From Planctomycetota bacterium (GTDB lineage Bacteria; Planctomycetota; UBA1135; UBA2386): a stretch of DNA of 64,000 bases. The translations under genes and the position numbers were made by a program. Shown here one piece after another: positions 19,604 through 29,500 of this stretch. The DNA lies in NCBI GenBank assembly GCA_965228735.1, contig OZ245838.1, positions 224,001 through 288,000 of the forward strand, read 5' to 3'. Below the pieces are notes generated by a model. That model saw only the letters and a program-made list of their open reading frames with translations. It did no database searches and was not told where the DNA came from. Numbering within the stretch: the first letter of the stretch is position 1; each line of letters begins with the position of its first letter.

Positions 19604-21490
19604 ATGACTACGCAGAATCCCTCGACGGTTGGGGCCAGCAAGCCCGTTCAGGACCTGGATCAGGTGATCATCCGCTTCGCCGGCGACTCCGGCGACGGGA
19701 TGCAGCTGACGGGTGATCAGTTCACGCGCACGACGGCGCTGATGGGGAACGACATCGCCACGTTCCCCGACTTCCCGGCCGAGATCCGCGCTCCCGCGGG
19801 CACGCTGCCCGGCGTATCGGCGTTCCAACTGCGCTTCAGCAGCTTCGATATCCACACCCCGGGTGATGCGCCCGACGTGCTCGTCGCGATGAACCCCGCG
19901 GCGCTGAAAGCGCACATCGGCGAGCTCAAGTCTGACGGCGTGCTGCTGCTCAACACGGCGTCGTTCAAGGCGATCGACCTGAAGAAGGCGAAGTACGACG
20001 CCGACCCACGCGAGAACGGTTCGCTCGACGGCTACCGGCTCATCGAGGTCGATCTCGAAGCTCGGACCAAGGAAGCGCTCGCGAACTCGCCGCTCGACAA
20101 CCGCAGCAAGATGCGCTGCAAGAACATGTACGCGCTGGGAATCCTCTACTGGATGTTCCACCGCGACATGGACCCGACGATGAAGGCGATCGCGGCCAAG
20201 TTCAGAAAGAAGCCCGACGTCGTCGACGCCAACCTGGCGGCGATGAAGGCCGGTCACGCCTACGCCGAGACGACCGAGATCTTCCAGAGCGCCTATCGCG
20301 TGCCGCCCGCCAAGATGCAGGCCGGCACGTACCGCAACATCATGGGCAACCAGGGGCTCTGCCTCGGGCTCGTCGCGGCGAGCAAGCAGGCGAATCTGCC
20401 GATCTTCCTCGGCAGTTACCCGATCACCCCGGCGTCCGACATCCTGCACCAGCTCAGCACCTACAAGCACCACGGCGTCGTGACCTTTCAGGCCGAGGAC
20501 GAGATCGCGGCCGTCGCGAGCGCGATCGGCGCGAGCTACTCGGGTCACCTCGGCGTGACGTCGACGTCGGGGCCGGGCATCGCGCTCAAGGCCGAGGCGA
20601 TCGGTCTCGCCGTGATGGCGGAGCTGCCGCTCGTCATCCTGGACGTGCAGCGCGCCGGCCCGAGCACGGGAATGCCCACGAAGACGCAGCAGGCCGACCT
20701 GCTGCAGGTGATGTACGGGCGCAACGGTGAGTCACCGTGCTGCGTGCTCGCGGCCTCGACGCCGTCGGACGCGTTCGATACGGCCTACGAAGCGGTGCGC
20801 ATCGCGGTGAAATACATGTTGCCGGTGATCGTGCTGTCCGACGGCTACATCGCGAACGGCAGCGAGCCGTGGTTGCTGCCCGACGTCGAGTCGCTGCCGG
20901 AGATCCCGGTCGAGTTCGCCAAGGAGACCGCGGGCGACACCAAGTTCATGCCCTACGAGCGCAACCAGAAGACGCTGGCCCGACCGTGGGCGAAGCCCGG
21001 CACCAAGGGGCTCGTGCACCGCATCGGCGGACTCGAGAAGCGCGACGTCACGGGCAACATCGATTACTCGCCGGAGAACCACCAGCACATGATCGATACG
21101 CGGGCGCAGAAGGTGCAGAACATCGCTGACGACCTGCCGCCCACGGCCGTGCTCGGGGAGCGCACCGGCGACCTGCTCGTGCTCGGCTGGGGCAGCACCC
21201 GCGGCGCGATCACCGCGGCGGTGCAGCAGCTCCAGGGCAAGGGCAAGAAGGTGAGCGCCGCGTTCCTGCGCCACCTCAATCCGCTGCCGAACGATCTCGA
21301 GGGTCTGATGCGCGGCTTCGGCAAGGTCGTGCTCCCCGAGATGAACAAGGGCCAGCTCGCGATGATGCTGCGCTCCCGATTCCTGATCGACGTGGTGAGC
21401 TACAGTCAGGTGAACGGCCAGCCGTTCAAGAGCCACGACGTCCTCGCCTACCTCGAGAACACGCTGCAGACGATGCAGGAGGGCAACTGA
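19604..21490 (+). CDS. korA: 2-oxoacid:ferredoxin oxidoreductase alpha subunit
   Basis: IRFAGDSGDGMQLTG, YPITPAS, QAEDEIAA, TSGPG, QRAGPSTG. Confidence 0.95.
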   Translation: MTTQNPSTVGASKPVQDLDQVIIRFAGDSGDGMQLTGDQFTRTTALMGNDIATFPDFPAEIRAPAGTLPGVSAFQLRFSSFDIHTPGDAPDVLVAMNPAALKAHIGELKSDGVLLLNTASFKAIDLKKAKYDADPRENGSLDGYRLIEVDLEARTKEALANSPLDNRSKMRCKNMYALGILYWMFHRDMDPTMKAIAAKFRKKPDVVDANLAAMKAGHAYAETTEIFQSAYRVPPAKMQAGTYRNIMGNQGLCLGLVAASKQANLPIFLGSYPITPASDILHQLSTYKHHGVVTFQAEDEIAAVASAIGASYSGHLGVTSTSGPGIALKAEAIGLAVMAELPLVILDVQRAGPSTGMPTKTQQADLLQVMYGRNGESPCCVLAASTPSDAFDTAYEAVRIAVKYMLPVIVLSDGYIANGSEPWLLPDVESLPEIPVEFAKETAGDTKFMPYERNQKTLARPWAKPGTKGLVHRIGGLEKRDVTGNIDYSPENHQHMIDTRAQKVQNIADDLPPTAVLGERTGDLLVLGWGSTRGAITAAVQQLQGKGKKVSAAFLRHLNPLPNDLEGLMRGFGKVVLPEMNKGQLAMMLRSRFLIDVVSYSQVNGQPFKSHDVLAYLENTLQTMQEGN

Positions 21491-22500
21491 TGACCACCGC
21501 CGACCGACCGCCGCTCACCAAGAAAGACTACAAGTCCGATCAGGAGGTGCGCTGGTGCCCCGGGTGCGGGGACTATTCGATCCTCAACTCCGTGCAGGGC
21601 GCGTTCGCCAAGCTCGGCAAGCAGCTGCACGAGACCGTGATCATCTCCGGCATCGGGTGCAGTTCGCGCTTCCCGTACTACATGGAGACCTACGGCTTCC
21701 ACACGATCCACGGCCGGGCGCCGGCGATCGCGACGGGTGTCAAGGTCAGCAATCCCGAGCTCGACGTCTGGGTCGTCACCGGTGACGGCGACGCGATGTC
21801 GATCGGGGGCAACCACTTCATCCACGCCCTGCGCCGCAACGTCGGCCTCAAGATCCTGATGTTCAACAACCGGATCTACGGGCTCACGAAGGGCCAGTAC
21901 TCGCCGACCAGCGAGCAGGGCAAGGTCACGAAGAGCACGCCGCTCGGTTCGGTCGACTACCCGTTCTCGCCGATCGCGCTGGCGCTCGGGGCGCGGGCGA
22001 CCTACGTCGCGCGCAGCATCGACATCCTCGGGCCGCACCTCGAGGGGCAGGTGATGAAGGCCGACGAGCACGACGGGACCGCGGTGCTCGAGATCTATCA
22101 GAACTGCAACATCTTCAACGACGGCGCGTTCAAGGGCTTCACGGACAAGGACGTCCGCGACGAGCGCATCATGCAGCTCGAGCACGGTGAGCCGTTGTTG
22201 TTCGGGGCGAACAAGGACAAGGGCATCCGCTTCAACGAGAGCTTCCAGCCCGAGATCGTCACGGGCTCCGACCTCGCCTCGGCATTCGTCTGGGACGAGA
22301 TGGCGGAGAACTTCGCGCCCGCGATGGCGCTCGCGACGATGGACGAGAGCAGGTTCCCCGTGCCGATCGGGGTGTTCCGCCGGCGCGCGAAGGCGCCGTT
22401 CGAGACGGCCGTCAACGAGCAGGTGACGGCCGCGATGAAGAACAAGCAGGAGTCGGTGCACGACCTGCTCTACAGCGGCGAGACTTGGACCGTCGAGTGA
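21490..22500 (+). CDS. korB: 2-oxoacid:ferredoxin oxidoreductase beta subunit
   Basis: WCPGCGD, GIGCSSR, TPP motif GDGD...NNRIYGLTKGQ; overlaps the korA stop. Confidence 0.95.
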   Translation: MTTADRPPLTKKDYKSDQEVRWCPGCGDYSILNSVQGAFAKLGKQLHETVIISGIGCSSRFPYYMETYGFHTIHGRAPAIATGVKVSNPELDVWVVTGDGDAMSIGGNHFIHALRRNVGLKILMFNNRIYGLTKGQYSPTSEQGKVTKSTPLGSVDYPFSPIALALGARATYVARSIDILGPHLEGQVMKADEHDGTAVLEIYQNCNIFNDGAFKGFTDKDVRDERIMQLEHGEPLLFGANKDKGIRFNESFQPEIVTGSDLASAFVWDEMAENFAPAMALATMDESRFPVPIGVFRRRAKAPFETAVNEQVTAAMKNKQESVHDLLYSGETWTVE

Positions 22501-22540
22501 CGCGCGGCCGCCGATCGGCCGTGCGACCCGTGCTGCGGCG

Positions 22541-24184
22541 ATGACGGCGCGCGGGGCCTGGCGCTGGGCGATCGGCGTCGCCGTTCTCGCGTTCGTGCCG
22601 TTCTGGCCGGCGCTCGACGCCCAGTTCACCAACTGGGACGACCAGGCGCTGCTGCTCGTCAACGAGCGCTGGCGCGGCTTCTCGGGCGAGTCGCTCGCCT
22701 GGATGTTCGGTTCGACGTTCCACGGGCATTACCAGCCGCTCACGTGGTTGAGCTACGCCGTCGATCACGCCTGCTGCGGGCTCGATCCGGCGGCGTTCCA
22801 TCGGACGAACCTGCTGCTACACGCGCTGAACGCCGTGCTCGTCTTCTGGGTGTTGCGGCTGCTGCGGCCGGGTCGGGTGCCGGCCTGGATCGCCGCGGTC
22901 GGGGCGCTGTTGTTCGCGGTCCATCCGCTGCGCGTCGAGGTCGTGGCGTGGGTCACCGAGCGTCGCATGCTGCTCGCGGCTGCGTTCTGGCTCGTCGCGG
23001 TCGGGTTGTATCTGCGCGCGCACCAGCGGTCGCCGTCGGGGCGAGTGCGTGACCTCGTGCTCGTCTACGGCAGCATGACGCTGAGCCTGTTCGCTGCCGG
23101 TTGGGCGATGACGTTGCCCGTGGTGTTGCTCGTGCTCGATTTCCGGCCGCTGCAGCGGCGGGCGCGCGGCGTCTCGTGGCGGCGTTTGCTCGTCGAGAAG
23201 CTGCCGGCCCTCGCCGTGGTGGGAGCGTTCGCCTTGGTCGCGATCGCCGCGCAGTCCGAAGCCGGCGCGCGGATCTCGTACGACGACCACACGCTGATCG
23301 CGCGGTGCGCGCAGGCCGCGTACTCGCTCGTGTTCTATCTGGGCGCGACCGTCGTGCCGTTGAACCTGGCGCCGCTCTATCCGCTCGAGCACGCGCTCGA
23401 CGTCGCCGAGTTCCGGTTCGTGGGCAGCGTGGTCCTGGTGCTCGGGGTTGCCGTCGCGCTCGTGCTGTGCCGGCGGCGCACGCCGTGGCCCGGGGGGCTC
23501 GGGGCGGCGGCCATCGTCTACGTCGTCGTGCTCTCGCCCGTGCTCGGGTTCGCGCAGAGCGGCCCGCAGCTCGCCGCGGATCGCTACACCTATCTCGCGG
23601 GCCTCGTGCTGCCGGCGCTGCTCGTCTGCTGGCCGGCTGCGATCGCTCGCCCGCGCGTCACCGGGCTCACCGCCGCCGCCGTGCTCGTCGTCTTCGCCGT
23701 TCTCACGTATCGGCAGGCGGGCATCTGGCGCGACTCGATTCGACTGTGGGAGCACACGATCGCGCTGCAGCCGGGCAGCTTCAACGCGCACCTCAACTAC
23801 GCCGGTGCGCTCAAGCAACGCGGCGGTCCGGGCGACGCCGAACGCGCGCTCGCGGAGTTCCGCCGCACGGTCGAGCTGCAGCCGAACGAGTTCAAGGCGT
23901 GGACCGCGATCGGTGCGGCCGAGTACCGGGGCGGCAACTTCGCCGCGAGCCTCGCGGCCTACACGCGGGCGCACGAGCTCGTGCCCGGGTCGGCCGCCTA
24001 CCTGCATGGCATGGCGATCGCGACGTTCGAGCTCGGTCGCTTCGACGACTGCGTGCGCCTCTGCGAGCAGTGTCACGCCGTGGATCCGAGCTGGCCGCAT
24101 GCCTGGGCCGTGCTCGCCGAGGCCCTCGCGCGGCTCGGCCGGCACGACGAGGCGCAGCGGGCGCGTTCGCGCGTTCGGCGGTGA
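22541..24184 (+). CDS. TMTC-like GT-C membrane glycosyltransferase with C-terminal TPRs
   Basis: NWDD, YQPLT, HPLRVEVVAWV, AADRYTYL, WRDSIRLW; about 10 TM helices followed by TPR repeats. Confidence 0.8.
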   Translation: MTARGAWRWAIGVAVLAFVPFWPALDAQFTNWDDQALLLVNERWRGFSGESLAWMFGSTFHGHYQPLTWLSYAVDHACCGLDPAAFHRTNLLLHALNAVLVFWVLRLLRPGRVPAWIAAVGALLFAVHPLRVEVVAWVTERRMLLAAAFWLVAVGLYLRAHQRSPSGRVRDLVLVYGSMTLSLFAAGWAMTLPVVLLVLDFRPLQRRARGVSWRRLLVEKLPALAVVGAFALVAIAAQSEAGARISYDDHTLIARCAQAAYSLVFYLGATVVPLNLAPLYPLEHALDVAEFRFVGSVVLVLGVAVALVLCRRRTPWPGGLGAAAIVYVVVLSPVLGFAQSGPQLAADRYTYLAGLVLPALLVCWPAAIARPRVTGLTAAAVLVVFAVLTYRQAGIWRDSIRLWEHTIALQPGSFNAHLNYAGALKQRGGPGDAERALAEFRRTVELQPNEFKAWTAIGAAEYRGGNFAASLAAYTRAHELVPGSAAYLHGMAIATFELGRFDDCVRLCEQCHAVDPSWPHAWAVLAEALARLGRHDEAQRARSRVRR

Positions 24185-24231
24185 GCGGTTGCGGCGCCGC
24201 GCCGGTGAGCGAAGGAGCGGTCGGCGCGCCC

Positions 24232-26190
24232 TCAATCGCAGCGCCGCACGAGCACGTGGAAACGCGTCCCGAGCGGCAGCGGCGCGAAACCCTGATTGAA
24301 GACGGCCCAGCGCGCCGTGCTGTAATCGTAGTAGACGCCGACCGCGTGGGGGTTGGCCGGAACGCCGGTGCCCGTGCGACGGGTGATCACGGCGACGGCG
24401 TCCGGGCGGCCGTTCAGGTCCGGGTGGTCGAGGCGGCTCACGTGCGGCAGGCCGCCGAGGCTGCCGCTCGTCACCGTGTGTTCGAAGGTGGTGAGCTCGC
24501 TCGCCAGATCATCGTTGCCGAGCACCTGGAAGCGCTTGCCGGTCGGCAGCGGCGCGCCGTCGAGGTTCTTGATCTGCCACCGTTGTAGACTCGCCGAATA
24601 CTGCACGCCGGTCGGGTGGTCGTTGGTAACCAGGGCGCGCGGCTGGATGACCGGCAGGGCATTCGGTTGCCCGTTGAGGCTCGGGTGGTCGAGCGTCGTC
24701 GTCGCGCCGGTCGTGTTCGTGGCGTCGGCCGTGTGGAAGAACGTCGGCGCCGTGCGGTTGGGATGGACGAGGTTGAACCCCGAGCCCACGGGGATGGCGC
24801 CGCCGCTCTCGGACCTCAGATACCAGTGCTGCGGGGGGAGGCCGTAGAAGCCGACGGCGATCTCGGTGTCGTTGTAGACCCCGGTCTGGCCCGGTGGATT
24901 CCAGACCTTCGAGATGAAGAACAGGTCCGTCGGATCCGCGATCAGCGGCAGCTGGATGTAGCCCGATCCGCTGCTGCTCACGTACTGCCGCGCGGCGCCG
25001 CGCGGCAGCGGATCCATCTCCAGGACGTTGAATGCAGCGCCGGCCGGGATGCCCGGCGATTGGCGGTTCTGCAGCCGCCAGGTGCCGGTGATCAGGAGGT
25101 CGAAGTAGAACGTGAAGTGGCCGGGGTTGTAGACGCCCTGCCAGTGCTGGGTTGCGAACAGCAGCGCGCGATCGCCCTCGTGGACGGGCACGGGCACCGT
25201 GCTGCCGGGGCCGCTGTGCTGCAAGACCTGGGAGTTGACGACGCCGTGCAGGTGCGCGTCGGCGACGACGACCTGGAAGCTCATGTTCGCCGGCATCGGC
25301 GCGATGTCCTGATTGAACACGCGCCAGTGGAGGCCGTCGTAGTAGACGCCGATCGGTGAGTTGTTGTAGGCGCCGCTGCCGGTCCGGAAGAGCTTGGTGA
25401 CGTGCACGACGGCGTTCGGGTTGCCGTTGAGCGCCGGGTGGTCGAGCCGCGACGTGTGGGTCGAGACGTTCGGGACGTGGTGCTGCTGGAACTGCGTCGC
25501 GGCGCTGTTCGGCAGCAGAACGAGGAAGCTCCCCGCGGTCGTCATCGGCGCGAGGTCCTGATGGAAGATCGTCCATCGCTCCGAGCCATGGTTGTACCAG
25601 ACGCCGATGTCGCTCGATGTCGTCGTGTAGGTCGGTTGCACGAGGAACACCGCGTCGGGTTCGCCGTTCAGGTCCGGGTGGTCGAGCACCGTCCAGTTGT
25701 TGCTGATCGTGCCCGCGGTCGGGCGGTGCGAGAACACGTCGGAGGTGTGGTCGAGGCGCAGTTCGACACCGCCTGACCACGAGAGCCCGCCCGGGGCGGC
25801 GGTGTCGAGCACCGCCGCCTGGGCGTAGATCGACAGGCGGCACGGATAGTCGGGTAGCGGCATCGTCGCGGCAACCGCGGTGCCCGTGCTCGGCATCAGC
25901 AGCGTGATCGCAGCGTCGTTGTAGAGCAGGCAGCCTGGCATGCCGTACGGGGCGAGAGAGACGCCCGGCGACGTGTCGACGAGGCTGAACGCGAGGATCC
26001 CGGGGGCGCCGGGTGGCGTGGCGTCACAGACGAGCGGGTAGGGCTGACCGGGCTCGAGCCGGGCGCCCGCGGCGGGCCGCAGCTCGGGTGCGCCGCCGCA
26101 GCCCTGGCCGTAGCGCAGGACCTGCGCCATGAGCTGGCTCGTGGATGCGGCCAGGACGAATGCGGAGAGAACCGGGAGCGCGCGTGCCAT
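24232..26190 (-). CDS. Secreted protein: N-terminal shared domain plus six LDHPxLNG-type repeat modules
   Basis: Signal MARALPVLSAFVLAAS; repeats LDHP(D/A/S)LNG.P.A...GV.Y...W..FNQD.AP. Confidence 0.85.
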   Translation of the reverse strand: MARALPVLSAFVLAASTSQLMAQVLRYGQGCGGAPELRPAAGARLEPGQPYPLVCDATPPGAPGILAFSLVDTSPGVSLAPYGMPGCLLYNDAAITLLMPSTGTAVAATMPLPDYPCRLSIYAQAAVLDTAAPGGLSWSGGVELRLDHTSDVFSHRPTAGTISNNWTVLDHPDLNGEPDAVFLVQPTYTTTSSDIGVWYNHGSERWTIFHQDLAPMTTAGSFLVLLPNSAATQFQQHHVPNVSTHTSRLDHPALNGNPNAVVHVTKLFRTGSGAYNNSPIGVYYDGLHWRVFNQDIAPMPANMSFQVVVADAHLHGVVNSQVLQHSGPGSTVPVPVHEGDRALLFATQHWQGVYNPGHFTFYFDLLITGTWRLQNRQSPGIPAGAAFNVLEMDPLPRGAARQYVSSSGSGYIQLPLIADPTDLFFISKVWNPPGQTGVYNDTEIAVGFYGLPPQHWYLRSESGGAIPVGSGFNLVHPNRTAPTFFHTADATNTTGATTTLDHPSLNGQPNALPVIQPRALVTNDHPTGVQYSASLQRWQIKNLDGAPLPTGKRFQVLGNDDLASELTTFEHTVTSGSLGGLPHVSRLDHPDLNGRPDAVAVITRRTGTGVPANPHAVGVYYDYSTARWAVFNQGFAPLPLGTRFHVLVRRCD

Positions 26191-26276
26191 GAAAGAGGCA
26201 GTGCCGTGCGCGGCCTCGCATCGCGCGCCTTTCTGCCGTTCTCGTCGGCAGCTCCGCGGCGAGGCCGAGCGGGAGT

Positions 26277-28298
26277 TCAGTCGCAGTCGCGCCGAACCAT
26301 GACCTGGAACTCCGCGTTCGGCACGAGTGGCGCGATGTCCTGGTTGAAGATCAGCCACTTGCCGATCGTGTGGTCGTAGTAGACGCCGATCGTATGCGGG
26401 TTCGTGACACCCCAGAAGCTCACGCGCTGGGTCACGACCGGATGCGCGTCGGGTCGACCGTTGAGCGCCGGATGATCGAGCAGCGTGGCGTGCGCGAGGA
26501 TGGTGTTCGCGGTCGTCGTCGTGTGGTCGAAGAACGCGATCTCCGGGGTGGTCCGCGCGTTGCCGACGACGACGAAGAACGACTTGCCCGTTGGCATCGG
26601 CGCGCCGTCGAGGTTCTGGATCTGCCAGCGCGCGAGGCCAGGAATCCACCGCACGCCCGTGGGGTGCGGGTTGCTCACGCCGTCCACGGCCTGGACGAAC
26701 GGTCGGGCGTCGGGTCGGCCGTTGAGCGCCGGATGATCGAGCGTCATCGCCGCACCGGCAGTGTTGCCGCTGGTCGTGCCGACGAGGACCGCATCCGCCG
26801 TGCGGTTGGGAACGAGGCAGTTGAACGAGGCGCCCGCGGTCACGCTGCCGCCGTTCTCCGGGAGGATCTGCCAGTGGGCGGTCGAGTCGTACTGCAACGC
26901 CACCTCGTGATCGAAGTAGACGCCGCCCGAGCCCGGCGGGTTCCAGTTGCCCGTCACCAGCATCTTGCGCGCGCCGTCGTCCGTGCTGCCGGGGACGAAG
27001 ACGGCGGTCGTTGCAGACTGCGCGGTAGCGACCAACGACTCACCGCGCGGGACGGTGTCCATCTGCAGCACGTTGAAGCTCGCGTTGGCCGGGATGTTCT
27101 GCTGCGGCAGTGAGTTGTTGCGCAGGAGCCAGAAGTGGCCGAGCCCGTAGCCGAAGTAGACCGTCTGCAGGTTGGGGTTGTAGGCGCCGGGCACGCCCGG
27201 CGGGGCGAAGTGCTGGGTGAGGAAGATGCGGCCGCGGTCGTCGCCGTCGAGCGTCGGACTGCGGACCGGCAACTCGAGGACGGCGCCCGGCGCGGTGTAG
27301 ACGCGATTGGTCTGCACGCCCGCCAGGTGCTGGTCCGCGACGACGATCTGAAATGCCGCCGCCGCGGGCATCGGGGCGAGCGTCTGGTTGAAGATCGTCC
27401 AGCGCGCCGCGCCGTGGTCGTACCACACGCCGATCGGGTCCTGGTGGTATCCCGCGAGGCCGCTGCCCGACACGTAGAGCTTGGATACCTGGATCAGCGC
27501 GCCGGGGTCGCCGTTGATCGCCGGGTGGTCGAGTCGGGTGATGTGACCCGCCGTGTTGCCGCCGGTCACGCGGTGCCGGAACGTCGTCGCGCCGCTGTTT
27601 GGCAGGAGCAGCAGGAACGGATGCAGAGACATCGGCGACTGGTCCTGGTTGAACACCGTCCAGCGCTCGCGGTTGTCGTCGTACCAGACGCCGATGTCCG
27701 TCGACCCGATCCAGCCGTCGCGCGCGAGGAAGATCGCGTCCGGTCTGCCGTTGAGATCGGGATGATCGAGCACGCTGAAGTTGGCGACGTTCGTCGAAGC
27801 ACCCGACCAGTGGACCGGGGTGTCGGAAACGGCGTCGAGGTCGAGGTGAGCGGCCTGGGTCCAGGCGACGCCGAGTGCGTTCGCAGCTGGATCGAGGATC
27901 GCTGCCTGGGCGTGGATCCGGACCCGACACGGCCAGTTGGGCATCGGGAACGTCGTGCTCGACACGCTGCCGTTGCCGAGGATCGGCACCGCGATGTCGG
28001 CGGCGTTGTAGAGCCGGCAGCCCGGCATCCCGAACGTGTCGAGCGGGACCCCGGGCACGTTGCCGAGCAGGCTCACGAACAGGAGCCCGGGTGCGTTCGT
28101 TGGCCCGCCGTGGACTTCGAGGTCGTAGGCCTTGCCGTAGTCGAGCCGGGCGCCGACTGCTGGCATGAGTGTGGGGGGCGAGCCGGCGCCACAGCCAGAG
28201 CCGTGGGAATGGAACTGGGCTGCAGCGGTCGGCAGGAGGGCGACGAACACGGCGAGCGCGCGGAACAGCGGTCGGGTCGGGAGCGGAGCACGCGTCAT
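26277..28298 (-). CDS. Secreted tandem paralogue of 24232..26190
   Basis: Same architecture and motifs; signal ...LLPTAAAQ; ends RRDCD versus RRCD. Confidence 0.85.
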   Translation of the reverse strand: MTRAPLPTRPLFRALAVFVALLPTAAAQFHSHGSGCGAGSPPTLMPAVGARLDYGKAYDLEVHGGPTNAPGLLFVSLLGNVPGVPLDTFGMPGCRLYNAADIAVPILGNGSVSSTTFPMPNWPCRVRIHAQAAILDPAANALGVAWTQAAHLDLDAVSDTPVHWSGASTNVANFSVLDHPDLNGRPDAIFLARDGWIGSTDIGVWYDDNRERWTVFNQDQSPMSLHPFLLLLPNSGATTFRHRVTGGNTAGHITRLDHPAINGDPGALIQVSKLYVSGSGLAGYHQDPIGVWYDHGAARWTIFNQTLAPMPAAAAFQIVVADQHLAGVQTNRVYTAPGAVLELPVRSPTLDGDDRGRIFLTQHFAPPGVPGAYNPNLQTVYFGYGLGHFWLLRNNSLPQQNIPANASFNVLQMDTVPRGESLVATAQSATTAVFVPGSTDDGARKMLVTGNWNPPGSGGVYFDHEVALQYDSTAHWQILPENGGSVTAGASFNCLVPNRTADAVLVGTTSGNTAGAAMTLDHPALNGRPDARPFVQAVDGVSNPHPTGVRWIPGLARWQIQNLDGAPMPTGKSFFVVVGNARTTPEIAFFDHTTTTANTILAHATLLDHPALNGRPDAHPVVTQRVSFWGVTNPHTIGVYYDHTIGKWLIFNQDIAPLVPNAEFQVMVRRDCD

Positions 28299-28444
28299 GC
28301 CAGAAGCAGTGCCCGGGCACGGAAAAGCGCTCGCTCGGGCCGCGGAATTCGCCTGCCGGGAGACTGCTGGCTTGGGTGTGGATCGCGGGTCGTTCGGAGG
28401 TAATGCGGCAAGGCGAAATATCCTGCCAGCATTCCTATGTTGAA

Positions 28445-28464
28445 ATATCACGATCCCGTGATAC
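28445..28464. promoter_or_regulatory. Candidate SahR operator (20-bp palindrome)
   Basis: aTATCACG-atcc-CGTGATAc ending 13 bp upstream of the ArsR-methyltransferase ATG. Confidence 0.65.
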
Positions 28465-28477
28465 CTTGATACAGCTG

Positions 28478-29458
28478 ATGGCAGGGGCTCTGACCACACT
28501 ACCGACCACGCTCAAGCTGCTCTCGGATCCGACCCGATTGCGGCTCTGCGCGTTGCTGGCCCGCCACGAGTTGGCGGTCCAGGAGATCGTCGCGGTCACG
28601 GGGCTGCAGCAGAGCCGGGTGAGCAACCACCTCTCGCTGCTGAAGCGCGCCGGCGTGGTGCGCGATCGGCGCGAAGGGTCGTGGAGCTTCCACTCGCTCG
28701 TCGAGCCGAGTGCGGACGGTCCGCTTTCGCCCGAGCTCTTCATGGCGACCGTGCAGCGCTGGCTCGAGTCCGAGGAAGGCGCGCCCGACGGCAAGGCCCT
28801 CGCGGCCGTGCTGGATCGCCGTCGCAGCAAGAGCCGCGAGATGCACGATCGCCTCGCCGACCAGTGGGCGGGGGCGCAGGACTTCGCGCTCGGCACGCTG
28901 CGCAGCGAGATCCTCGCGATGGCGTGGCCTTGCGGCGATGCAATCGTCGACCTCGGCTGCGGCACCGGCTTCCTCGCCGACTGGCTCGCGGGCCGCGGGG
29001 CACGCGTGATCGGCGTCGATCACAGTGCGCGCATGCTGGCCGAAGCGCGGCGACGCGCGGAGCACGAGATCGAGTATCGCCAGGGCGAGTTCGACGCGTT
29101 GCCGCTCGGCGACTGCGAGGTCGACGGCGCGTTCGCGAACCTGGTCTGGCACCACCTGCCCGACCACGAGGCCGCGGCGCGCGAGGTCTACCGCGTGCTC
29201 CGCCCGGGCGGCACGTTCGTCGTCTCCGACATGGCGCCACACGACTCCGACTGGATGCGCGAGTTCATGGGCGATCTACGTCTCGGGCTGCGGCCCGAAT
29301 CGCTCATCGCCGTGCTCGCGCGTGCCGGCTTCGAGCAGCTCAGCTCCGAACCCGTGCGCGACCGCTACCGCGTGAGCCGCCCCGATTCGGAGCCCATCGA
29401 CTTCTCCATGTTCGTCGTGCGCGGGCGTCGGCCCGCCGCGGCGGCAATCGAATCCTGA
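28478..29458 (+). CDS. sahR: ArsR-family regulator fused to SAM-binding methyltransferase domain (SahR-like)
   Basis: LSDPTRLRL...QSRVSNHLSLLK HTH; VDLGCGTG; directly upstream of ahcY. Confidence 0.85.
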   Translation: MAGALTTLPTTLKLLSDPTRLRLCALLARHELAVQEIVAVTGLQQSRVSNHLSLLKRAGVVRDRREGSWSFHSLVEPSADGPLSPELFMATVQRWLESEEGAPDGKALAAVLDRRRSKSREMHDRLADQWAGAQDFALGTLRSEILAMAWPCGDAIVDLGCGTGFLADWLAGRGARVIGVDHSARMLAEARRRAEHEIEYRQGEFDALPLGDCEVDGAFANLVWHHLPDHEAAAREVYRVLRPGGTFVVSDMAPHDSDWMREFMGDLRLGLRPESLIAVLARAGFEQLSSEPVRDRYRVSRPDSEPIDFSMFVVRGRRPAAAAIES

Positions 29459-29500
29459 ATCTTTGAATCGACCCGATCCGGGTCAGAACACCTGAGAACC

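Noticed and set aside
24290..27780. Recurring GTGGTCGAG/CCGTTGAG nucleotide repeats, considered as possible DGR template/variable repeats
   Set aside because: Explained by protein repeats in two paralogues; no reverse transcriptase and no adenine-specific mismatch pattern seen
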